64,000 nt of DNA from Antedon mediterranea. Its lineage: Eukaryota; Animalia; Echinodermata. A model generated the notes under the pieces. The model did not search any database and was not told where the DNA came from. It worked only from the letters and a program-made list of their open reading frames with translations. The position numbers and the translations under genes are program-made. Shown piece after piece: positions 24,699 through 36,210 of the stretch; positions within the stretch are counted from its first letter, which is position 1; every line of letters begins with the position of its first letter. The DNA lies in NCBI RefSeq assembly GCF_964355755.1, contig NC_092680.1:8308001-8372000 (forward strand), written 5' to 3'.

Positions 24699-27600
24699 GA
24701 GGAGGAGTGTTGCAGCGCCCATGTGGCGGCTCTATATTGCTCTGTGCATAACAACTTCGTATCTGTTTGCAGATGGTTTTTTTCATCAAATAAGTTTTAC
24801 TGGATGCTGGAATAGCAAATTGAGCACCATATATTCACAAATTTCTTATGTGGAAATAATCGTATCTTGGAGTAAATCGCAGTTGTTTTTCTTGTTGTTT
24901 CCTGAAGTTCAGCTAGGCCCTGCTTGTGCCTTTATTGTTTTAATTCAAACTCATCACTGCCCAAGAACAATGGTCTGCTAGCATCAGTGGGAAGCTAGCC
25001 CTGTACTTTCAATCTGACTGTGCATATTGTTATGTAAATGACCTTGTACACCTCATGCTTGAAGATCTGCTGTTGTCATGCTAATTAGCTATAGCTCTGA
25101 GTTTCTTCATGGTTTACAGGGCTGTGTAACCAACAACAATAACAGTTGTGAACTTCCTGAAGAATCGTGCTTAATTATACAATCTTTTAAGTTGAACTCC
25201 AGTAGCTGTAGTATCCACCTATTACCAAGGAGGCCAAAAAGAAAAACCAGGCGTGGTACAAGAGCTGGGCGTGACAAACACACTAAAAACAATCTATCAT
25301 TTCCGGACTTATCATCAAACTCTCTCTTATCTAAAAACAATATTAAATTTTGCAGTATTAATACAAGATCCGTTCGGAACAAAACAACAGAATTTGTGGA
25401 TTTCGTTATCGAACATAATCTGGATGTTGTTGCCCTTTCGGAAACGTGGCTTAAACCAGAAGACACATCAGTTATAGGAAATATTACACCCAACGGATAC
25501 TCTCTCAAACATGCTCCCCGTGCTGGTACTAAAAGAGGTGGTGGAGTTGCACTTCTTTACAAGGAAAGCATAGCGGTTAAATGTTATGACACGGGATTAT
25601 TACCAAAATCATTTGAACTGCTAAATGTGGAAATAGTCAGCAATGCATCCTCAGTTTTCCTCGTAGCAGTATATCGTCCTCAAAGCAAATCAACGGGTTG
25701 CAGTCTAAATGCTTTCACTGAAGAATTCTCAACTTTGGTTGATCACTATGTATTGAAGCCGGCTCCCATACTATTCGTTGGAGACTTTAACATCCATGTG
25801 GATATGCCAAATGATGCAGATGCAATTCATTTTCGGAATCTACTTGTAGCAAGCAGTCTTCAACAGCATGTGTCTACACCTACACACCGACATGGTCATA
25901 CATTAGACTTGCTGATCACTCGTTCATCTGATCCTCCTGTTTTCTCAAACCTTAATGTCATTGATGGTATATCAGATCACTATGCAATCACATGTAATCT
26001 CCTTATCAAGAAGCCACCCGTAATCACTAAATCCATCGAAACTCGTCATTGGAATGCTATAAATTTTGAGACATTATGTAAAGATATCACACAGTCTGAT
26101 CTCGGAACTTCGCTCTCAAATCTTGATTTATCAAGTAAAGTACGACTATATGTCACCACTTTGAGTGAACTTCTTGACAAACACGCACCACCGAAAAAGA
26201 GAACAGTAAAGGTCCGACCAAACACTAGTTGGTATAACAGTGACATCTATGCTGAGAAAAGAACAAAGCGTAAGCTTGAAAAGAAATGGAGAATCTCTCA
26301 TCTGGAAATAGATCGTCAAGCTTACATTGCACAGAAGAGGAATGTAAATTCCATGGTAAGAAAGGCAAAGGCCAACTACTACATTGGCTTGTGTGAAGAA
26401 CATGCAGCAGATCAGAAAGGACTTTTTAAAATTGTTAACCAACTCCTTCATCATCGCCAGGTATCACCTCTCCCAGATAGTCTTTCTGACTTAGATCTTG
26501 CGAACAGGTTCTGTCAGTTTTTCACAGACAAGATCAAGATCATCAGAGACGACTTCAAGATTGATGACATGTCATTTAATGAGCCTGTGACAGCTGTTCA
26601 TCAGCATCTCACAACATTTACACCAGCATCTCAAGATGAGATCCGCAACATTCTGATGAAATCACCAACAAAATCATGCAGGTTAGATCCAGTTCCTACT
26701 TCTATACTGAAGAAGTGTATAGACGCAGTCGTTCCAATAATAACGGAAATCATTAACCATTCTCTTAATACCGGCATAGTGCCAGATGAACTGAAAATTG
26801 CTCACGTTCGTCCTTTAATAAAAAAGCAAAACTTGGATCATAACACGCTGAAAAATTACCGCCCGGTGTCGAATCTTTCTTTTCTTGGAAAGACTCTGGA
26901 GCGTGTAGTGACATCACGCATTACTCCATATCTTCAAAAGCATAATTTAAATGAGAATTACCAGTCGGCATATCGTGCATGTCATAGCACGGAGAGTTCC
27001 CTTTTAAAGGTACAGAATGATTTGTTACAAGGAATGAATGATGGGAAAATAACGCTATTGGTGTTGTTGGATTTGTCAGCAGCGTTTGATACAGTTGATC
27101 ACCAAAGACTGATAACCCGTCTGAGAAATCGCATTGGCATAAATGGTGTTGCTCTTAACTGGTTCCAGTCATATCTTACAGGAAGACGTCAGCTAGTCTG
27201 TATCAATGATGCATTCTCAGATGAAGCTTGCCTGGAATATGGTGTACCACAGGGGTCAGTAATTGGGCCTGGCCAGTTTTCCATTTATACGCTTCCCCTT
27301 GGTGACATTATTCGCAAACACAGTCTACATTTCCATTTCTATGCAGATGATACACAGATTTATGTGTCAGTAAATCCAGTGCAAAGGGATGTTGCTGCAG
27401 CAATCAGTAAGATGGAAGCCTGTATAGAAGATGTTCGCAATTGGATGACAACAAATTACCTAAAGTTGAATGATGGAAAGACAGAGTTTATTATCGTCGG
27501 GTCTAAATGTAACATCTCCAAAATCAACATCACACATATCAGAATCGGAAACTCTAACATCGCTCCCTCATCGGTGGTCCGGAATCTGGGAATCATGCTG

Positions 27601-28270
27601 GATAGTAATCTCACTATGGAAGCACAAATAACAACTGTATCCAAAGCAGCATGCATATCGATTAGGAACCTTGGTCGTATTCGCGGTAATCTTAACAAGA
27701 AAACAGCTGAATTGATTGTACACTCATTTGTCACTTCTAAAATTGACATTGGTAATGCCTTGTTGTTTGGCATACCAAAATCTCAAATACAACGTTTGCA
27801 GCGCTTGCAAAATATGGCAGCTAGAATTGTAACTTATACAAAATCAAACGCTCACATAACTCCTGTCCTGATGGATTTGCATTGGTTGCCTGTTCAACAA
27901 CGTATTAAGTACAAACTTGCGTTGTTTGTATTCAAGATCCTAAATAACAGTGCTCCTGCTTATTTATCTGACCTTGTGGATCGTTACGAATCATCCCGCA
28001 GAGGCCTACGATCATTGTCACAAAACCTTCTTCAAGAGCGTAGAGCGAAAAATCAGTGGGGTCAGAGATCTTTTTACGTTGCGGCCGCAAGTGTATGGAA
28101 CAGCTTACCAGCAACAGTTAAATGCTCAACTAGTCTAAACAGTTTCAAGACCAACCTAAAGACGTCGCTATTCGCTGATGTTCTCGCACGTTGTTAATGC
28201 ACAAAGCGCCATGAGCGCCACATGGGTGGAGGATACCGGCGCTATATAAGTTTTCATTTATTATTATTAT
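24699..28270 (+). mobile_element. L2-group (CR1/L2 superclade) LINE, apparently full length
   Basis: One intact ORF, 3' stem-loop agcgcc...ggcgctatataag and (ATT)n tail. The 5' boundary is inferred from the ttattattat tract just before 24699, which matches the tail. Confidence 0.85.
25078..28197 (+). CDS. LINE APE endonuclease / reverse transcriptase, 1039 aa
   Basis: APE motifs SETW, GGGVA, GDFN, TLDL and SDH. RT motifs NYRPVSNL, LDLSAAFDTVDH, GVPQGS and FYADD. L2-type C-terminus LHWLPV..RIKYK..WNSLP..FKTNLK. No stops. Confidence 0.97.
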   Translation: MLISYSSEFLHGLQGCVTNNNNSCELPEESCLIIQSFKLNSSSCSIHLLPRRPKRKTRRGTRAGRDKHTKNNLSFPDLSSNSLLSKNNIKFCSINTRSVRNKTTEFVDFVIEHNLDVVALSETWLKPEDTSVIGNITPNGYSLKHAPRAGTKRGGGVALLYKESIAVKCYDTGLLPKSFELLNVEIVSNASSVFLVAVYRPQSKSTGCSLNAFTEEFSTLVDHYVLKPAPILFVGDFNIHVDMPNDADAIHFRNLLVASSLQQHVSTPTHRHGHTLDLLITRSSDPPVFSNLNVIDGISDHYAITCNLLIKKPPVITKSIETRHWNAINFETLCKDITQSDLGTSLSNLDLSSKVRLYVTTLSELLDKHAPPKKRTVKVRPNTSWYNSDIYAEKRTKRKLEKKWRISHLEIDRQAYIAQKRNVNSMVRKAKANYYIGLCEEHAADQKGLFKIVNQLLHHRQVSPLPDSLSDLDLANRFCQFFTDKIKIIRDDFKIDDMSFNEPVTAVHQHLTTFTPASQDEIRNILMKSPTKSCRLDPVPTSILKKCIDAVVPIITEIINHSLNTGIVPDELKIAHVRPLIKKQNLDHNTLKNYRPVSNLSFLGKTLERVVTSRITPYLQKHNLNENYQSAYRACHSTESSLLKVQNDLLQGMNDGKITLLVLLDLSAAFDTVDHQRLITRLRNRIGINGVALNWFQSYLTGRRQLVCINDAFSDEACLEYGVPQGSVIGPGQFSIYTLPLGDIIRKHSLHFHFYADDTQIYVSVNPVQRDVAAAISKMEACIEDVRNWMTTNYLKLNDGKTEFIIVGSKCNISKINITHIRIGNSNIAPSSVVRNLGIMLDSNLTMEAQITTVSKAACISIRNLGRIRGNLNKKTAELIVHSFVTSKIDIGNALLFGIPKSQIQRLQRLQNMAARIVTYTKSNAHITPVLMDLHWLPVQQRIKYKLALFVFKILNNSAPAYLSDLVDRYESSRRGLRSLSQNLLQERRAKNQWGQRSFYVAAASVWNSLPATVKCSTSLNSFKTNLKTSLFADVLARC

Positions 28271-30195
28271 AATAATAATGGAAATTTACTGAGAGGCATA
28301 TGTGCCTGTCCTTTCTGTAGTATTTTAATAGTCACTCATTCAAAATAATGATCTTGATAATTTCTAGACCACGCTAAGGACAATACGGATAGTACAATTT
28401 GTCAAAAAGAAGTGAAAGCAATTGTGAACAGAAAGTACGATACTTTTAAATATATAGTTAAACGACTTTTATGTTGATGTTAACACAGATCGAAAGCTTG
28501 ACGGGATGCGGCTGGCTAGAAAGGAAACTAGCACTATGCTTACTGCAAAGAAGATTAACAGGAGGGTCATCTATTCAAGTTTCCTTTATAAAATGTTTAA
28601 TGTCAATTTTTTAGATAAACTAACTTAATATCCTTTTCAATGGACAACGTTTGGAAAGGTAATTATGATATTACTCTTTTAGTTATGACATATTTGAAGC
28701 ACGTACCCAACCCTGAGATGTAATTTTAAAAAGTGTTTATAACAGCATATAAACTGCCGCAGATAGAATTTGTCTTTTATGTTATATTGTCCTTTAACTT
28801 ATTTCATATACCGTAGGCCTACAATGTGTCCACCAATTAAACTTGTTTGAATATTAATACAGTGAACCCATATTAATGGAATAAGAATTCCCCCTTATAT
28901 GTGTCTTCTGAATAGGAGTTTCCCAAGGAAGGGGTTTCTTCTGAATAGGTATGTCCCAAAGGAAGGTTATACTGTTGAAAAAGAGATTAGAGTAATCTCA
29001 TCCTTTTCTGGAAATACAAAATTAAGCTTTTTAAAACAAACCCTCGATTTAACGTTTGACGGTGAACTCGTTATGCTTTCTTAAATAATTACAAAGAAAA
29101 TGTTATACAGGCCTATACCATATATTTTTCTCATAAAACACACAAGGAACCACATGACTGTTCCGACCTTATCAGTGACAGTTTAGGCGATTCCTTAGGG
29201 GAATATTGTCTCCGTACTAAATTACATCTAATTTGCTTATATCTTTAAAACTGGGGAAATTGCAAATTATAATCAACCGTAGGCTATCTTTCTGATTTTA
29301 TTGCCAAAAATAACTTGTGGACACGTGAGCAATTTAGGAAGTAAAATACGACAGGACATTAGGCCTACATTTAAAACGACCTGATGTAATTTTCCCCTCA
29401 ATGGTTCTTTTTTGATAAAGATATAAATTAGTTAATTTCATAAGAAGTGTTTGCTATTAAATTAATCACTAAACTATTTATTTAGGTAAAAACAAAAAAT
29501 TCTACATTAAGACAGTATGTGAAACTTTAATTTGACACGATTTGATTAGAAATTATTGAATATATACCCGAGGCTTAACGATATATTTGTAAGCTATAAG
29601 TTAAGTTATAAAGTGTAAGTAAACGTGTAGTTTCAGCAAACTATCCCCCCGGGGAGTGAGGTTACGCTCTCTTAACATACTTTTATTTAAAAGAAAAAAA
29701 CTAAATAGCTAGTCACTCAGTACCGATCCATATTCTTATCAAAATTACACGCCCATCCGTAGCACCTGTCGCATCAACCAATCACACCAAAGATTTAGTA
29801 AACGTGGCGATTTAAAGTTACGTTTTCCTATGCACAAGAGAGAAGAAATCATGTTAAGTAGTTCATACAAAATGTGCAGATATAAGTGTTGTAATCGATA
29901 TGTAAGAACACAATTCATATCATAAACAAGGTTAAATTGAGGAAGTTTGAATGTAAGTGTTCAACCTTCAGGGACATATTGTAGATTACTAAATTGCTTG
30001 ATACACATTAATGTTTTTGAAGGTCTCCATTTTGAATATTATAGAGATGACTTATACATTCATGGAGGAAATTATAACTATAGTATTTATTTTTATTTTC
30101 AATCTTTCGACAATCAGAAACAAAAAAGTTAAACGGGACTGACGAGGTAAAGAAACAGTTTAAAAAATGTCGTCAAAAGATGTGCTTAACCAAAT

Positions 30196-30341
30196 AGTAG
30201 TAGAATTCCTATTCAAGGGACAACTTGTGACCCCCAAAAATATCCCTTCTAAAGCGTCTCCTTTGAAGGGGTTATTCAAGTGTTAAACATATTTCCATTC
30301 GAAGGTGTTCCATGTTCTATAAATAAGGGGATGTTACTGTA
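30196..30341. mobile_element. Degenerate pogo/Tigger-like MITE (a similar relic lies at about 28858-28975)
   Basis: Ends tagtagaattcctatt and aataaggggatgttactgta resemble TA-CAGT..ACTG-TA TIRs. Confidence 0.35.
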
Positions 30342-33300
30342 TAAGACGGTCAGTACTGTTCTCGCAATGGACAGGCCTTACTTTATAATTACTTTTTTCT
30401 GGTATGATTTTATTAATTTTCTTTTAAGTTTCGTTTCCAATATAGTCCCATTATTATTCAGCAAAAAGTTGAATAATTTTGTTAATATGAAATAAGTAGG
30501 CCCTATGTGTAAACCCGTGATGTCGATACCCTAATAATGTAAAATTTATAAGGCTGCTAAGCTAAAAGAAACAAAATATAAATATTGCTTCCAGTTTCAT
30601 GGGAACCACCAGGATACTTTCAATATTCGAATGACGTCAATCTGGTACGATAAACGTCTTCTTACGTCATTCAAAAACAAAACTACAACACACTTTGTTT
30701 CATGCATGCCAAAAGATTGAGAGAAACGTCGTAACTAATTTAAAAGGTGGAAATATTCTATAAATCAATTATTTATTGACTGTGAATATTGTTATCTAAC
30801 ATAAAGGAAATAATATTGTGGTTCATAAAAAGTAAATATTCTATTATAAATTAAATTAGGGCCTGTGGAATAGATTTGTCAATAAGAAAATTAAATTTAC
30901 AAATGTATTTAACTCTTACAGTTATTTTAATCAGTAGACAGACTATTGTAGATTATAAAGTTAGGCCTACATCCAAATCAATTTATTATTGCATTCATTT
31001 TCTTTTGTTTATTCCCTCAATATATGAATATGACTATTTTCAGTACTTTGACGTTCGCATGTCAAATGTGGATTATAAATCAAGATCTCTATATTGATAA
31101 ATCAGTTAATTGGAAGTCACGTGATAAGTTCTTTCATACGTAATTCTAATTATAGACGATAGAGACGATCAAAACACAGGATGAAGTTCAGGGCCATTTT
31201 TTAATAGTGTAAAGAGCAATAATTTATTTAGCTTTAGATCGTCAAGCTTTTATACAGAGCTGGCGAAGAGCCGTGACGGTAATTGCGGTATACATTGAAT
31301 TCTAAAAAGGTCTTTACAGTAACCAAACTTCAGTCGTTGATTAGCAAAATATGCATCCTAATACAATAGTACAATTATTATTTAAGTCATTGTTTTGGAA
31401 ACGCGATTATAGAGGTTTTATTCTAAAACATTCTATAACATTATCACATATAAGCCTATTATGAGTTTGAATGTTTTATAAATAGGAAAATTGCAATAAT
31501 GGCACACTCAAATTAATTTTGTCGTATTAATAAATTAATGTGTAAGCTAATGTTCTTATAGTATAAAAAAATAATCGTATTGTGCGCCAGTATTCATTGC
31601 AAAAATATGTTCCTGGCTGTGGAGTGTTAGCGAAATCTGTCCACAATACGATTTATTTGTTCAATCTGGTTTTTTTTATGTTCGTAATAGGGGACGAGGG
31701 CGCTGTTGTTCGTCCATTCTGTGGTCTTCCTTTTTTTGGCTTGTGTCAATTAACAAAACTGTGATCCTGAACAAAAGTAGTAAAAGTTACCGTACTAACT
31801 AAACCAGGTAATTTTCACCATTTTCCATAGTTAACCATACTAAAAGTAAAGCGTTTTCAGATAATAAGAATAGCTTGTATAGTATCAGATCAGCCAATAG
31901 TTTTATCAGATCAACGCATGGAACACTACACTTTTACACCAAACAATGAAGAATATGCGCACAACATCCAATATAGCGTGCACGTCCTTTAAACGCATCC
32001 TGTTATTGACCACATCTTCACTAATTCATATATAGTGCCCTGCACAGACCTTTCAACACTTCATTACAATGTAGTAGTACAGTAGTGAGTTTGCAAAATT
32101 GTATTGAACTATCATAGTTTGTCGAATAGGTGTTAATCTAATTTCTATTCGATGGCTAATAGAATACTGATCTTCTTGGAGAATATAGCACCTGTTGAAT
32201 GTATCACACAGTAGCATATCTAGCAGGTTTATATCATGAAAGTTCACATATAAATTAATTTATCTTTTATTATCTATATTATTATGGTATTGTTTCCCAA
32301 CAAGTTGAAATCAATGTTAGGAGCTTCTGCTCAACTTCTTACATTGTAACGAGTACTCAATGACTTTTAATTTTATATTTCAACTGTTTTATAGCTGCAG
32401 TGTTCTTAGGACACTGTCATTGTGTTAGGATACATATGCGAGCGAGCTGCACTGATCATCAGTACAAGAAGTATTTAGGATCAGAAAGGGCACCAGTTCA
32501 CAATGTCACTAATCCACTGTATTGAATGATTGAATCAGCTGTGATCTTGGGCTAGCCAGTCATTCAATCTATCAATCAATCAATTCTGTGTTTAACATAC
32601 ACATAAAAGTCATATGTTAGTATATATTTCGTCTCAAGAAAATCCGGCGTACATTTAAAAAGTTCGTTAATGTTCATAGAGTATTAAGACATTCTTCGAC
32701 ATTTGAAGTTACAGAAATGACGTAGGCATTGAAACGTTTAAGCATGGCCAATATTTTAACAGAAAACAGTCGTTTTGACTATAATAAGGAAATCCTTATT
32801 ACTATAGTAGTAATTTTTTCTTATAATACAAAAGCAATGTTTTTGAAGGCGGATCATGTCCAAGTATTATTTTTACCATGTGGAAACGCACTTCCGCCAT
32901 TTCCAATGCTGTTTTAATGTTGGTTGTGTAATGGAAGTAATTCATTAGTGGGACTATCCTAATTGCCATTCTCTTCCTTATTGTATTGACAGAGTTTGTA
33001 TATTTTAAAGACAGCAGAATATGTTGTGAATGAATTCAGTTCAGACTTGAAATGTAGCCAAAACACAAACTAAATTTAAATATGTTTTGGCTAACGACAA
33101 TCGGAGAAAAATTATGGAATTAAAAACAACATTCCGAAACCATTGTTGTTCAATTGTACTGTAGGCCCTAATGGTTGATTTATTTATATTATCCGTTTTT
33201 TTTAAATTTTGACATTACTTTAATTTACACATTTAATAAATAGGGAATTTCACTAAATCAATGAAAATTATTTTATTTAAATTATATTTCAAATTGATGG

Positions 33301-36167
33301 TCGATAACAATAGCATTAGGCCTAAACATCTGAAATATTCCTAGTGTATTATTACTTATAATCTCTTATTTCATAATAATAATATATTGTGCAACATATC
33401 ATTAGGCCTATTCAAAAGTGTTATCAACTGACATTTTTATTAGATAATAACTAGCAAATTTATCTTGTTAATTTAGGTAGTAATTGTTAACAAAAAACAG
33501 AAAACCTTTTGTAATTAAATTTTCCAAGTTGGTGAGATTTTAAACTTTAATTCCATGGAAACATTCATATTTACATACAAATCTAAATGGAATATTCTAG
33601 AATTGAGCACAACAAGTTCAAAAATGCTTATTATATGTAACAATGTGAATACTTAGTTATAGAACAATATGGTTTAAGTTATTCCTACCGTTAAATAGTT
33701 TTTTTAATGTATTGTTTTCTTTGGTTTGTTATTAATTAAATATTAGTTCCAGTATAATTTGCCGCTATGTTTTCTTTTTAGGACTTCTTTAAGTTGATTA
33801 AAATCTGAATTGGATTAAAATTTTTACATGATTTAATTCGGTCAAGTTATAACGATATAAAGTCTTCAGTGCAGAAAGACTGAAGAATTACAAAATTGCA
33901 CTAAATAGGTTAACGCTATGTGCTGACATTTCTTGATCATTTTTCGATGATCACTCATGTAAACGTTAATTATGTTAACCAGGACTAAAGTTTGCCGGAT
34001 ATGCACAAGGTACTGATAACAACCAAAAGGAGGTTTTAGTACAGGCCTTGGGTGTAATTCGAAAGAACTTTCAATTAATTCTGAACCCGTTTTCTGTACC
34101 TCAATTACGACCTTATGCAGACTTCAAATCTGACTATTTTGAGAAATCGAGTAACAGTGTGAATGGCACATGGGTGATATTTGAAGCCTCATTCTTACCC
34201 GCGTGTCTGCATAAAAAAGAAACCCGTTTATTGTAATGGACAATGTAAAGTTAATTAGGAAGTTATTAATAATCTTTCAAAACATGTACGGATAATCCAA
34301 CAAAAATGGAGATACGCTAGAACAATGCCACAGTAATGTGGGAGAAAAAATAAATTAGATTTCTTTGGAAACTCGCCTTATGACACTCAAACGCGCAAAA
34401 AATTGATGGCGATACCGTCTTCTATATATTAAGTTCATCCACGGAGAAATTAGTTCATAAAAACACATTTTTTATGGTTAAACTATCACAAACTAATTCT
34501 TAGGCTGAGACGGAGGAGACATTAAAAGAGAAAATGCTTAGAAATGTTGTTATCATATTCTGCAAGTAAAATGGAAGCATGTTATCCTTTTCCTTTACAC
34601 GGATGCTTTGTCGCACATGTTATTGAAATACATGTTCCGTACGTATCTGAGAGTCTGTGTTGCGTCTTAGTAAACTCGCTGTTCAGGATATGCTCGAGGA
34701 AACAGCTCATTTGCGATGTATACAAAAACCACGTGCTGCGCGTGATGCTATGATTCCAATAATTAATTAACTAGTTTGGAATTTACTAGGTTAAATAAAA
34801 ACTTCAGCAACATTTTCGTGAAGTTTAACTTAGTTGTACCATATGCCAAGTCTATTAATTGCAGACTTAACATATTACATTGCTCCGAACATGAAATGTG
34901 CGTATGTGTGAAAGAGTTCCTACAGATCTTTTATACACGCAAACGACATTCACAAATTACATTTTAAGTATTTACTTTAAAAAAGACGTGTTGCTATACA
35001 TTGATGCATTTTCTATTTGTTTTCCTGTCTATCTTTAAACATAAAAAAAAGACCAAGAGACCGACTGTAGCTTATTTGGGTTTTCCTTCTATTTGGTAGG
35101 TCCCTTGGAAATCGACGAAATGCTAGCAGTAATCTACATTTTTGTCAAATTTTGTGACATCAAACTTTGAAAAATGCTGCACTGAGTTGAGTATGTATCA
35201 ACAAGGATAGAGTAATGTGTAACAATTGCAACACAATAACTGTTATATTTTTTATTATAAAAAGAAAATAATAATATAACTATAGCAGTTTCAGCCGTTT
35301 TAAAGTTCTGTTGATCCAATAAATAATGTATGTAACAGGAAATGAGTTTTTCATCACGGTTAGTAAGATATGAGGGAAACTTAAATGATGACTGACAACC
35401 TGTCGTTGCGTAAGTTTTGGGATTTTGTTTATTATTGAATAAAATTATAATTGACTGTAACAACTGTGAATCTAACGTGGGAATATTAGCACCTGATGAA
35501 GTTTGTAACGTACCTCTTTAGACCTGCTACTAGTACGTCCCTTAGAAATTACCTGTTTTTCTTAAGTATCTGCACTTAAAATCGAATATGTAATCATAGA
35601 AACTTATCTCTGCATCTAAAGAAACATTTCTGTTTATGGTAATATTTTAAATAAGTAAACATCTTAAAAATATGGAAGAGTGAGCGCATACAAATGTGTA
35701 GGTAGCAACGGTTTTAATAAGAGGAAGGTATTCATATTCGGTGTGGTCTGCGCACCTGTGATGTCAATAAGAAAACATACTTTTTACATATAAAATACTG
35801 CAGTCAGTTTTGGAATTTTATTAGTTTATTCACCAATAATCAATGTGATTTGCGACTTTTTCTTCTTCTATATACATTTGATATTTACATCAGCTGCTTC
35901 AGAGACGATTTCACAAACCACAGGAAACGTTTGTAATTCAATGTTCCGTTTATCGTACTCCCATCGGGCTATAGGGGAGCAACTTTGCTCCCCCTCACAA
36001 GTCCCAAATAGCAGCTGAAGCATTGTCCCTTCCCTGGACGCCATCATGTGTTAAAATGTATTAACCCTTACGAGTTAGCATGGACGTTCCTATATTATAC
36101 GGCCATTGTATTGTCTTATTTATTTACATTATATGTCATAGGCCCAATATATATATATTAATATTCA

Positions 36168-36210
36168 TTTGCACTGATGAAGGGCTAGTGTTGCCCGAAA
36201 GCTCTGCTAA
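36168..36210 (+). ncRNA. Minimal type I hammerhead ribozyme (Penelope-type)
   Basis: gca-CTGATGA-A-gggc-tagtgtt-gccc-GAAA-GC-TC-tgc has the complete core, a 4-bp stem II, a 3-bp stem I and a palindromic AGCT stem III. Predicted cleavage after C36204. Confidence 0.7.

Noticed and set aside
24558-24981. Short ORFs upstream of the LINE ORF as a possible ORF1
   Set aside because: Non-ATG starts, they cross the inferred element boundary, and they show no RRM, zinc-knuckle, PHD or esterase features.
25107-28138. Antisense and alternate-frame ORFs inside the LINE (likewise inside the Ig gene)
   Set aside because: Shadows of the real coding frame.
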